A stretch of 64,000 nt of DNA from a virus. Taxonomy: Duplodnaviria > Heunggongvirae > Uroviricota > Caudoviricetes. This document shows, piece by piece, positions 10,631 through 18,267 of this stretch. Below the pieces are notes generated by a model, which saw nothing but the letters and a program-made list of their open reading frames with translations, did not search any database and was not told the DNA's origin. The translations under genes and the position numbers were made by a program. Location: positions 50,756 through 114,755 of IMG/VR virus record IMGVR_UViG_3300032030_000012; one strand, 5' to 3'. Position 1 is the stretch's first letter; every line of letters starts with the position of its first letter.

Positions 10631-10894
10631 TTATTCATATTTAACTATAAATTTAATAGCTGATCTTTCTTCATCTTCTATTTTAATTTCAGCAAACCCT
10701 GGAGTACAAACTAAATTATATCCCATAGGCGCTACATATCCTCTAGCTACTGCTATTGCTTTTACAGCTTGATTTACAGCACCTGCTCCTACAGCTTGAA
10801 TTTCTGCTTTCTTATTTTCCTTTAATACTGCAGCTATCATTCCTGCTACAGAACTTGGATTTGACTTACTTGATACTTTAATTATTTGTTCCAT
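10631..10894 (-). CDS. spoVS: stage V sporulation protein S
   Basis: IKVSSKSNPSSVAGMIA...EIQAVGAGAVNQAVKAIAVARGYVAPMG is the SpoVS signature. Confidence 0.93.
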   Translation of the reverse strand: MEQIIKVSSKSNPSSVAGMIAAVLKENKKAEIQAVGAGAVNQAVKAIAVARGYVAPMGYNLVCTPGFAEIKIEDEERSAIKFIVKYE

Positions 10895-11063
10895 TATTGT
10901 TTAACTCCCTTTCATATATAATATTTTGTTGTAATTGTATTTGTTTTGTCTTTTCTCTTTCAATAGATTCATTAGATCCACATATAACCAAAGTTATCAT
11001 TAAAGCTGCAAAACAAATTACCATTATACACCATTCACTTATCTCAAAATCTCCAAATTGCAT
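10878..11063 (-). CDS. small membrane protein
   Basis: one hydrophobic helix (WCIMVICFAALMITLVICG). Confidence 0.6.
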   Translation of the reverse strand: MQFGDFEISEWCIMVICFAALMITLVICGSNESIEREKTKQIQLQQNIIYERELNNNGTNN

Positions 11064-13090
11064 TAAATTTCCTCCGTAAGCATATCTATTATAGTTGTTT
11101 TATCTAATTTATCTAATGATAAATCATAATCTACCCTATGAATTATTTTCTTATATAATATTTCATCTTGATCTTGATTATTTTTAACAACTACTTCCTG
11201 TAATTCTTCAGTATAAGGTTCATCACTGATTTCGATTAATGAATCTGTCAATAATTGTCTTAATGTTAATTGAGATTCAGAGTACTTATCTAAATAATCA
11301 TATGTTATTTTATTAACATTAGTTCTAGATGTAATTATAGAAGATCCCATATCAAATTTATTGAATATAAATTCTATATTATCTTCATTTACTTTTATTA
11401 AACCTAAAGTAGTTTTATAATTATCATCTGATATATCAAATAAACAAGGTACTGATATCAATACTTTATTTGGATTTATTGTATAATTATTTTCCAATTT
11501 AATATCTTTTTCTGAAGCTAGTATTAATTCGAATGGTATATTTTTACTATTTCTAGTATAATCATTTATAGTTAATAAGAATGAAGTTGGATTACATCTT
11601 TTAGATATTGCAAATAATTCAGTAGCTCCTTTTGGTAATTTAGCATCAGTAACATCTCCTGAAAATACAATATCCCCTGTTTCAGATCTATATCCTGTAT
11701 TCCATCCGAAAGATTGATTCATATTCATTGTATGAATATCTAAATCTATTCTTTCATTATCAAAATTTTTCCAATGAACTCCTACTATCATATCATTTAA
11801 TCTAGGTACTTGTATAGAAGTTCCATATGGTAAATATCCTATATACTGTTTTTCAGATGTAGGAACAGTTATATCTATATAGTTAGGTAAATATACTTTT
11901 TTACCACATAATAATTTATTTATTCTTTTCTTTAAATGACTATATACTAAATCTAAAACTCTGGATTGAACCCATTTTTCTTCTATATTTTTATGTTTTA
12001 AAGTATTCGCATAAGCCTTACCATTTCTAACTTTATATAAAATACTTTCGGTATCTGTTTCTCTATATCTTAAAGAATTTACTATACTTACTTCTCTAAA
12101 TATAGTAGTCTGATCTAAAGCTTTTTCTATACTTTCTTTAGATAATGCTAAAATACTTTCATCTTTTATACTAGTTATATTATCTAATATGCCTTTTCCT
12201 ATAGCTCTATGATATCCTTTTATTCTAGCTAATTTATCTAGTCTATTAATGATTTTATTTATAGATTCAGCATATGAACAACTTCCTTTTTCTCTCTTGA
12301 AAGCTAAGAATAGGTCTTTAAATCTTAAAAAGATTTCAGCAAGACGCTCATATCCATGAGGTTTTCTTATATAGTTATTTAAATAATTATATATTTTATC
12401 AGCATCAGCTTCTTTTATTTTCTTAATTAAATGTTTATTCTTAATTAATAAAGTTTCTCCAGTTGCTTTAAATATTAAATATCTTAGAAACTCAATATTA
12501 CTTTTAGGAACTAGATTATATTTTTCAAACATAGCTATTCTTACTTCTTTATTTGTAATATCATCTACTTGTTCCTGATCAATATAATCTGATAATAGCA
12601 TTATATCTTCTATTGTTTGTTTTGATAGTGCTATTCCAGATGTTAATAATTTCATCATTTTTTCTTTTAATTGATCTTCAGTTATATCTTTAATTACTAT
12701 TAAAGGTATATCTTCTTCTAATTCTGGTATTTCTAATTTTTCATTTGGAATATAAACTAAATTTTCATTATATAAATCTAATGATTCTAATCCATAAGTT
12801 GTAAAATAATGAATTACTTGTTGAGCTATTAATACTTCTATAGGAGTTTCTAATACTGTTTTAAATGATTTATGAAATGTTTGATTCCATTCTTCTGGTT
12901 TTTTACCAAACATTTGAATTGCTAAATCAATTACTTCTTTATCAGCTCCATCTATTCTAGTAAATACTAATCCACTCTTTGCTACATTCTCTTGATTTTC
13001 TTCTATTATATTTGTTGTTGTTACAAATGTTCCATATAAATAAGATTTAAACAATCTTAATAATGCTTCTTTTTGTTTTACTGTTAACAT
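11063..13090 (-). CDS. 675-aa protein: long alpha-helical N-terminal region plus C-terminal TerD-like domain (possible Ro/TROVE-like RNA-binding protein)
   Basis: C-terminal VHW....IDLDIH...FGWN....FSGDVTDA...GATE resembles TerD-type motifs; N-terminal 400 aa helical; own AAGATGTTATA promoter at 13116-13126. Confidence 0.5.
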   Translation of the reverse strand: MLTVKQKEALLRLFKSYLYGTFVTTTNIIEENQENVAKSGLVFTRIDGADKEVIDLAIQMFGKKPEEWNQTFHKSFKTVLETPIEVLIAQQVIHYFTTYGLESLDLYNENLVYIPNEKLEIPELEEDIPLIVIKDITEDQLKEKMMKLLTSGIALSKQTIEDIMLLSDYIDQEQVDDITNKEVRIAMFEKYNLVPKSNIEFLRYLIFKATGETLLIKNKHLIKKIKEADADKIYNYLNNYIRKPHGYERLAEIFLRFKDLFLAFKREKGSCSYAESINKIINRLDKLARIKGYHRAIGKGILDNITSIKDESILALSKESIEKALDQTTIFREVSIVNSLRYRETDTESILYKVRNGKAYANTLKHKNIEEKWVQSRVLDLVYSHLKKRINKLLCGKKVYLPNYIDITVPTSEKQYIGYLPYGTSIQVPRLNDMIVGVHWKNFDNERIDLDIHTMNMNQSFGWNTGYRSETGDIVFSGDVTDAKLPKGATELFAISKRCNPTSFLLTINDYTRNSKNIPFELILASEKDIKLENNYTINPNKVLISVPCLFDISDDNYKTTLGLIKVNEDNIEFIFNKFDMGSSIITSRTNVNKITYDYLDKYSESQLTLRQLLTDSLIEISDEPYTEELQEVVVKNNQDQDEILYKKIIHRVDYDLSLDKLDKTTIIDMLTEEI

Positions 13091-13103
13091 ATTTTTCTAC
13101 CTC

Positions 13104-13442
13104 CTATTTATTATATATAACATCTTTTAAATCTAAAGAAGTAATAGCTCCTCTCTCATATTTATCTATTAAGTCATTATATATTCTGTCTAAATTTTTC
13201 TTTTCATCAGTTTCATACGCCTTAATTTCATATATTAAAAATAATATCAAATCATCTATCTCTGGTTTTGATAATTGTATGTTATCTAATTTATACAAAG
13301 TAAATTGTTTTAGATAATCATCTATATAATTTTGCATCGTTTGTAATACTTCTCTTCTTTCATTTCTAGGTTTTAAATCTAATTTATTTTTTATAGCTCT
13401 ATATACTAGTTCTTCCATTGTTATCTTTCCTTTCATTTTCAT
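13104..13442 (-). CDS. hypothetical protein
   Basis: ORF between array and TerD-like gene. Confidence 0.65.
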   Translation of the reverse strand: MKMKGKITMEELVYRAIKNKLDLKPRNERREVLQTMQNYIDDYLKQFTLYKLDNIQLSKPEIDDLILFLIYEIKAYETDEKKNLDRIYNDLIDKYERGAITSLDLKDVIYNK

Positions 13443-13533
13443 AATACTCCTTTATTTGTTGATATGTTGCTACATCTCCATCAGGTATTGTATAAAATTT
13501 TTGATCTTCTTCACTATATATTATTTGCATCAT
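13399..13533 (-). CDS. small hypothetical protein (44 aa, not in ORF track)
   Basis: manual translation MMQIIYSEEDQKFYTIPDG... with GAGGT RBS. Confidence 0.5.
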   Translation of the reverse strand: MMQIIYSEEDQKFYTIPDGDVATYQQIKEYYENERKDNNGRTSI

Positions 13534-13708
13534 TTAATACCTCATTAACCTCATTCATTACTCTTTCATATTCTTTATTATTTTCTTCTATTTGTTGTTT
13601 TAAATCATCAATTTTTTCTTGTTGTCTATGTAGATTCATCATTTCAAAACAGAACCACATAAACATTATAAATATTAGTGCTATCATTATTTTCCAAAAT
13701 TTATTCAT
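13514..13708 (-). CDS. small membrane-anchored coiled-coil protein
   Basis: N-terminal hydrophobic helix then coiled coil; GAGGTGG RBS. Confidence 0.65.
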   Translation of the reverse strand: MNKFWKIMIALIFIMFMWFCFEMMNLHRQQEKIDDLKQQIEENNKEYERVMNEVNEVLNDANNI

Positions 13709-13732
13709 TTTACCACCTCATATAAAATTAAA

Positions 13733-13807
13733 AGGGCTGAGATGTAAAAAATATTGCTTAAAAGGCAATCCCTGATAGGATTTTAAAAAGGAACATCTTA
13801 TAGCCCT
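13733..13807 (-). ncRNA. array unit 6: handle plus two small hairpins
   Basis: AGGGCU AUA AGAUGU UCCUU ... UU ACAUCU C AGCCCU. Confidence 0.8.
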
Positions 13808-13818
13808 AATATAATACT

Positions 13819-13948
13819 TAGGAATGGAAAGTAAACATTTTATGCGGCTGCTCTACCAACTGAGCTATATCGCCCGAAGACAATAACAGGACTCGAACCT
13901 GTGACCTGCTGCTTGGCCTAATTTAATAAGGAACTTTCTATATCCCTA
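13819..13948 (-). ncRNA. array unit 5: handle plus circularly permuted tRNA opened in the anticodon loop
   Basis: GCAGC-AGGUC-T arm(ACAGG UUCGAGU CCUGU)-UAUUGUC-UUCG-GGCGAUA-UA-D arm(GCUC AGUUGGUA GAGC)-A-GCCGC. Confidence 0.88.
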
Positions 13949-13966
13949 AAATTAATAACATATAAA

Positions 13967-14045
13967 GAGGCTGAGAAGTAAACTACTTTCAAACCCAATT
14001 TGAATGCGGAATACTCCGCTGATATAAGGAACTTCTTATAGCCTC
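13967..14045 (-). ncRNA. array unit 4: handle plus two small hairpins
   Basis: GAGGCU AUA AGAAGU UCCUU ... GCGGA/UCCGC and UUCAAA/UUUGAA hairpins ... UU ACUUCU C AGCCUC. Confidence 0.8.
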
Positions 14046-14058
14046 AGAAAACAAATCC

Positions 14059-14171
14059 AATAAGCTGAAAACTAATTTAAACTGCCCAATTAAGGACAAT
14101 TCTTGGAGTCGAACCAAGCAGGATCCGAAGATCCATAACCATGTATCATAAGGAAGTTTTTATAGCTTATT
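14059..14171 (-). ncRNA. array unit 3: handle plus permuted tRNA mimic opened between acceptor and D arm
   Basis: D-like hairpin, GGAUC UUCG GAUCC, T arm CUUGG UUCGACU CCAAG, closed acceptor-like stem AUUGUCC/GGGCAGU. Confidence 0.75.
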
Positions 14172-14177
14172 GTCAAA

Positions 14178-14299
14178 GCAAGCTGAAATGTAATAATGGC
14201 TCACTAGATCGGATTCGAACCGATGACTTAGGGTTATGAGCCCTACCCTCTGACCAACTGAGGTACAAGTGAAAAGGATAGGAACATTTTATAGCTTGC
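14178..14299 (-). ncRNA. array unit 2: handle enclosing a complete tRNA
   Basis: GCAAGCU AUA AAAUGU UCCUA ... UU ACAUUU C AGCUUGC. Confidence 0.85.
14197..14272 (-). tRNA. tRNA with CAU anticodon (Met, initiator-like anticodon stem), CCA encoded
   Basis: 76-nt cloverleaf UCACUUG..CCUC/GAGG..UAGGG CU CAU AA CCCUA..AUCGG UUCGAAU CCGAU..CUAGUGA G CCA. Confidence 0.85.
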
Positions 14300-14312
14300 A
14301 GATATATTATAT

Positions 14313-14437
14313 TATAGCTGAAAAGTAATTTTAGGGCCTTAGCCACTTAGGCGATACTATACTTCGTATAGCAGCACGACTCGAACGTGCATCACTGGTT
14401 TTCAAGACCAATTTAAAAGGAACTTTTTATAGCTATA
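14313..14437 (-). ncRNA. array unit 1: handle plus permuted tRNA opened between D arm and anticodon arm (UGA anticodon loop)
   Basis: AUUGGU CUUGAAA ACCAGU, T arm GCACG UUCGAGU CGUGC, closed acceptor UGCUAUAC-GAA-GUAUAGUA, D arm GCCU AAGUGGCUA AGGC. Confidence 0.85.
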
Positions 14438-14455
14438 TATTATATAACAACTTTC
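14437..14455 (-). promoter_or_regulatory. extended -10 promoter driving the RNA array
   Basis: AAAGTTGTTATATAAT immediately 5' of unit 1; same AAGWTGTTATA motif precedes many genes. Confidence 0.6.
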
Positions 14456-14519
14456 TTAATCAATTCTTCTATATCTATAGCTAATAGATACAATATCATA
14501 ATATCTTGCTGCCCCTTCT

Positions 14520-15257
14520 CTATTTTTTAGGAAAACAATCAAGCCATGTATGAGCTGCTTTTACAAATCCACATGTTCGTAATATTCTTATAGCTTTGTA
14601 ATTTTCATTATTAGCAAAATTTCTTCTACTTTCATTTTTATTACCTAATATAGATATAAGTTCTGCATAACAAGTATTTAATATTTCTACATCTTCACAA
14701 TCTAATATTTTTTGTTTTACTTCTTGCTCTCTAGCATATAATTCTTTTGGATTATATTCTTCAGGTAAATCTAATTGTGTAAATAATAACAATTTATTAA
14801 GTAAAGCTCTTATATCATCTATACAAGATTCTATAGTTACAGGCATATTTAGATATTCAGTTGATACTGAAGGATTATCTTTATTCTTAATATAAAAATC
14901 TATTAATTGTTCTGCTTTAACATCAAAATCATGTCCTATCAATCTTTTTAGTTCTTTAAGATGATTACTATAATAAACACACCATCTAGTTATTAATGAT
15001 GAAAAAGCATCTTTATTAACTCCTTTTAAACCAGGTCTATAGACATCTAAAATTCTTTTTACATGAGCATGAGATACTCCATATGCTTTTAATATCAATA
15101 TTTCATTATGGAGTTCTTGTACTACTCTATTATTTTTAGAAGGAGAGGCTATTATATCTTTATATTGCTGTTCTGATGTATAATAGTCTTCATCAAAGAA
15201 CCCTGATACACCTGTTTTAGGATTTATCTCTTTTGAGATAAAATTTTTATATATCAT
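14520..15257 (-). CDS. hypothetical protein
   Basis: 245-aa ORF, translationally coupled to ParB-like gene. Confidence 0.75.
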   Translation of the reverse strand: MIYKNFISKEINPKTGVSGFFDEDYYTSEQQYKDIIASPSKNNRVVQELHNEILILKAYGVSHAHVKRILDVYRPGLKGVNKDAFSSLITRWCVYYSNHLKELKRLIGHDFDVKAEQLIDFYIKNKDNPSVSTEYLNMPVTIESCIDDIRALLNKLLLFTQLDLPEEYNPKELYAREQEVKQKILDCEDVEILNTCYAELISILGNKNESRRNFANNENYKAIRILRTCGFVKAAHTWLDCFPKK

Positions 15258-16132
15258 TATTCTTCTACCTCCTCATCATCTTCTGCTTTATGAAAGTTAG
15301 GACCATATGAAACAAAGTTAGGTGCTAAGTTTTCATCTTTCTTACTTAGATCTTCATATAATCTATTAATGTTACATCTAATTGATCTAGCATTATAGTT
15401 ATATCTAAAATCAATTTCATTAATACAAGTTTCAACGTTAGTCCATTTTTGCATTAAATGTCCTTCTTCTGTTAATATTCTAAATAATTTCTCATTATCT
15501 ACTTCAGGGAATTTATAACAGAATATTATAGAAGTAACTAGATCTGACATATCACTTGATTTAAGTCTAACTTGATTTTCTTTATAATAATCCATTACAG
15601 AAAATACAAATTCTAAACATTCTTTCCCTTTGTTATACATTTCTTCAGTTACATTTAATCTACCGTTTTTAATAGCAGTACCTGGAGCTTTTTTAGTATT
15701 AAATAATACTGTGCACATGTTATTTACTGTAACACATTTTTTACCATGTTCTTCAAACATTTCATTAAATAGTTTTACTATCCATTGATAACTTTCTTTT
15801 CCTGTTTCAGCATAACATTCAATATAATCCATCAAATTCCAAGGTGTTGCATTGATATTCATAACAATACAATCATCAATTTTTAACCCAGGCCTTATAA
15901 TGAAGTTAACAGGAAGTCCTCTTCTTTTACAAGCTTCCAATCTTCCTTGACCATCAATAACTTCAAATTTTTCATTTACTATAATAGGTACAGGAATGTA
16001 ACCTATTTTATCAAAAGATGCTAATATCTTTGATACACGATCTTCTAATACCTTTCTATTTCCTAATACTCTTTTGAATGCATCATAATCTGTTGTTCTA
16101 AACATTTCTTCTGAACTTTTTACATAATTCAT
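15257..16132 (-). CDS. ParB/Srx-like N-terminal domain protein
   Basis: PIIVNEKFEVIDGQGRLEACK motif. Confidence 0.75.
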   Translation of the reverse strand: MNYVKSSEEMFRTTDYDAFKRVLGNRKVLEDRVSKILASFDKIGYIPVPIIVNEKFEVIDGQGRLEACKRRGLPVNFIIRPGLKIDDCIVMNINATPWNLMDYIECYAETGKESYQWIVKLFNEMFEEHGKKCVTVNNMCTVLFNTKKAPGTAIKNGRLNVTEEMYNKGKECLEFVFSVMDYYKENQVRLKSSDMSDLVTSIIFCYKFPEVDNEKLFRILTEEGHLMQKWTNVETCINEIDFRYNYNARSIRCNINRLYEDLSKKDENLAPNFVSYGPNFHKAEDDEEVEE

Positions 16133-16154
16133 AAATTTTATACCTCATTTCTTT

Positions 16155-16619
16155 TTAAATTTTAATAGTTCCACGATAGTTCCAATTCTGTAACATATCA
16201 TTAACTCGTTCTTGTAACTTATTTTTATAAGTTCTTTTTAAATCTAATATTTCATTTAGTTTTTTGATATCTTCTTCTAAAATTTCCTTTTCTTCGGGTA
16301 AATATAATTTATTAAAATCTTTCCACATTGATAGAAAAGTCCATTGTCGTACATTATTTAAATAGTATTCTAATTTCAAAGAAAATTGTTTTGCAAGCAC
16401 TACATTGTTTTCTGTTTCTATAATTTGAACACTATCTACATCTTCTTTTGGACGATCCCATTCACCTAAAATAGATATTCCTAATATTGTAGCTGGATAA
16501 TATCTATATCCTAAATCATTTCCACAAGGATTAAATAAAATATAGATTTCATCTCCAACATGAAGTATTCTATTTTTATAAGCTTCTGGAATTTTAATCT
16601 TCAGAAGATTTTTGCTCAT
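16155..16619 (-). CDS. hypothetical protein
   Basis: 154-aa ORF, AAGGAGG RBS. Confidence 0.7.
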   Translation of the reverse strand: MSKNLLKIKIPEAYKNRILHVGDEIYILFNPCGNDLGYRYYPATILGISILGEWDRPKEDVDSVQIIETENNVVLAKQFSLKLEYYLNNVRQWTFLSMWKDFNKLYLPEEKEILEEDIKKLNEILDLKRTYKNKLQERVNDMLQNWNYRGTIKI

Positions 16620-16923
16620 TTTTAACCTCCTTTCTATCAGAGTTTAAAGTAACCAATAACCATTTATAATCTTCATATCTCCACATAGCCTCAAGGTTAA
16701 AGGATAGATCTTTTAGTTTAAATATAACTTCAACTTTTTTAGTTTTAGCTGAATATATTGTTAATATATCTATTACTTCATATTCATTTATATATCCTTC
16801 TGCTTTTATTATATCACCAATTTCAAATGGAATAGAGTACCTAAGTTGATGCATTTCCATAAGAATATCACCTCTCTTTTTAAATGATGCTCTCATTATA
16901 TAATAACATCTTTTAAAAATCAA
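16594..16923 (-). CDS. hypothetical protein (likely start MEMHQL)
   Basis: ORF; 5' part overlaps promoter TTGATT-N17-TATAAT. Confidence 0.6.
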   Translation of the reverse strand: MIFKRCYYIMRASFKKRGDILMEMHQLRYSIPFEIGDIIKAEGYINEYEVIDILTIYSAKTKKVEVIFKLKDLSFNLEAMWRYEDYKWLLVTLNSDRKEVKNEQKSSED

Positions 16924-16947
16924 CCCGTTTTTAAAATTTTTAAACGG
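16893..16947 (-). promoter_or_regulatory. sigma70-type promoter with upstream palindromic operator
   Basis: CCGTTTAAAAATTTTAAAAACGG then TTGATT-N17-TATAAT. Confidence 0.65.
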
Positions 16948-16982
16948 TATTTATAAAGAAATAAAAAAGAAATATAGTTTTT

Positions 16983-17243
16983 CTATATTTCTTCACTTTT
17001 TCCACTTGATTTTGTAGCCATACTTATATCTATAATATTAAAAGATAAATCTTTCTTATCTACATAATAATGTCTACCTTCCCATTCTACTTCACACCAA
17101 GTACCATAAAAATTAATAAACTCTTCATTAATTACATCTACTAGTGTATCTATAGGAATATTTCTATATCCTCTTGCAAGTTGTGTTTTCCAATCTTGAT
17201 CTGCTAATGTTTTTAAAGTTACTGCTTGTTTTCTTTCACTCAT
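16983..17243 (-). CDS. hypothetical protein (SH3-like)
   Basis: 86-aa ORF, GTWCEVEWEGRHYYV beta-rich. Confidence 0.6.
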   Translation of the reverse strand: MSERKQAVTLKTLADQDWKTQLARGYRNIPIDTLVDVINEEFINFYGTWCEVEWEGRHYYVDKKDLSFNIIDISMATKSSGKSEEI

Positions 17244-18267
17244 CTAATTCTCTATCCTTTCTTTTTATAATATCTTTATAATCAGAAGGTTCTTCAACTG
17301 AATACATAATTAATTTTTCATCATCATCCCAAATTTGTTTTTCTGTTCTAGTTATCCAAGAATGACAATGCCAATAAAAATTTTCTCTTAATTCTTTATC
17401 TTTTTTAATATGCTCTTCTGTAGATTTATCATCTATATCATATTGCATACAATAAATTGTCATTATATTTCCATATTTGTTATCATACTTATCTAATATA
17501 TCCCATTCTTTATTATAAATGTTTAAATCTATATTATCTTTTCTTCTAATAACAGCCTCAACTCTAGGATAACAATGATTACCTTGATCTTTAAGTATAT
17601 AATTAAATTGAGTTAGTTTCTTTAGATACTTTTTAGATCCTCTACAAATCTTTTTAAATTTTAACCATTCTTTAAATTGGCACTTCCATACATATAACCA
17701 ATCATAAATATATCTTCTTAATATTTTAAATCCAGATCTATCATCATCCCAAATATATCTTGTTTGACATCCCGCATATTCAGCAGATCTTATAGGATGT
17801 TTTTTAATATATTTTAAAGAATTTATTACATCATACATAACAAAAGGTTCTATTTCTTCTTCTGCTGGATCTGGTTCTTTTATATATTCCGTTCTATATA
17901 TTCCTGATACAAACCCTGATCTAGAAGGTTTAAATTTATCTAAATCTCTTTCATATTGACAAAAGAATATAAGTTCTGACATATAACCAATTTCTAAACT
18001 ATTCATCCATTTTATATGATCTTCATTATATAAATCTTTTTCATTTCTTCTAGCATTCCATAAAGCAAATCTAAATCCAGGTATTTCCTTTATATGAAAT
18101 TCACATATAGTATATTTATCTTTTTCTTCATCATAATCACTATCATTATATTCTTTATCTATAATATGAAATTTAGTTTCGTTTTCTATTTGACTAAAAG
18201 CCAATTCCATTAATTCTAAATTAGACTTCACTGGTACTATCCAATTTTTCATCTTTTTCATCTCCAT
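17236..18267 (-). CDS. hypothetical protein
   Basis: 343-aa ORF. Confidence 0.8.
   Translation of the reverse strand: MEMKKMKNWIVPVKSNLELMELAFSQIENETKFHIIDKEYNDSDYDEEKDKYTICEFHIKEIPGFRFALWNARRNEKDLYNEDHIKWMNSLEIGYMSELIFFCQYERDLDKFKPSRSGFVSGIYRTEYIKEPDPAEEEIEPFVMYDVINSLKYIKKHPIRSAEYAGCQTRYIWDDDRSGFKILRRYIYDWLYVWKCQFKEWLKFKKICRGSKKYLKKLTQFNYILKDQGNHCYPRVEAVIRRKDNIDLNIYNKEWDILDKYDNKYGNIMTIYCMQYDIDDKSTEEHIKKDKELRENFYWHCHSWITRTEKQIWDDDEKLIMYSVEEPSDYKDIIKRKDRELDE

Larger units (their letters stand above)
13733..14437 (-). repeat. tandem array of six structured RNA units with a conserved handle and variable (mostly tRNA-like) cargo
   Basis: each unit reads stem-AUA-6bp helix-UCCU(U/A)...UU-6bp helix'-C-stem'; both helices differ in sequence between units yet pair in all six. 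Confidence 0.92.

Noticed and set aside
13399-13533. Apparent +1 continuation of ORF 13514-13708
   Set aside because: It is an independent 44-aa ORF with its own GAGGT RBS and ATG
13733-14437. CRISPR array interpretation of the repeated units
   Set aside because: The repeats are not identical; sequence varies with compensatory pairing, the inserts are structured tRNA-like RNAs of 40-90 nt, and no cas genes are in the window
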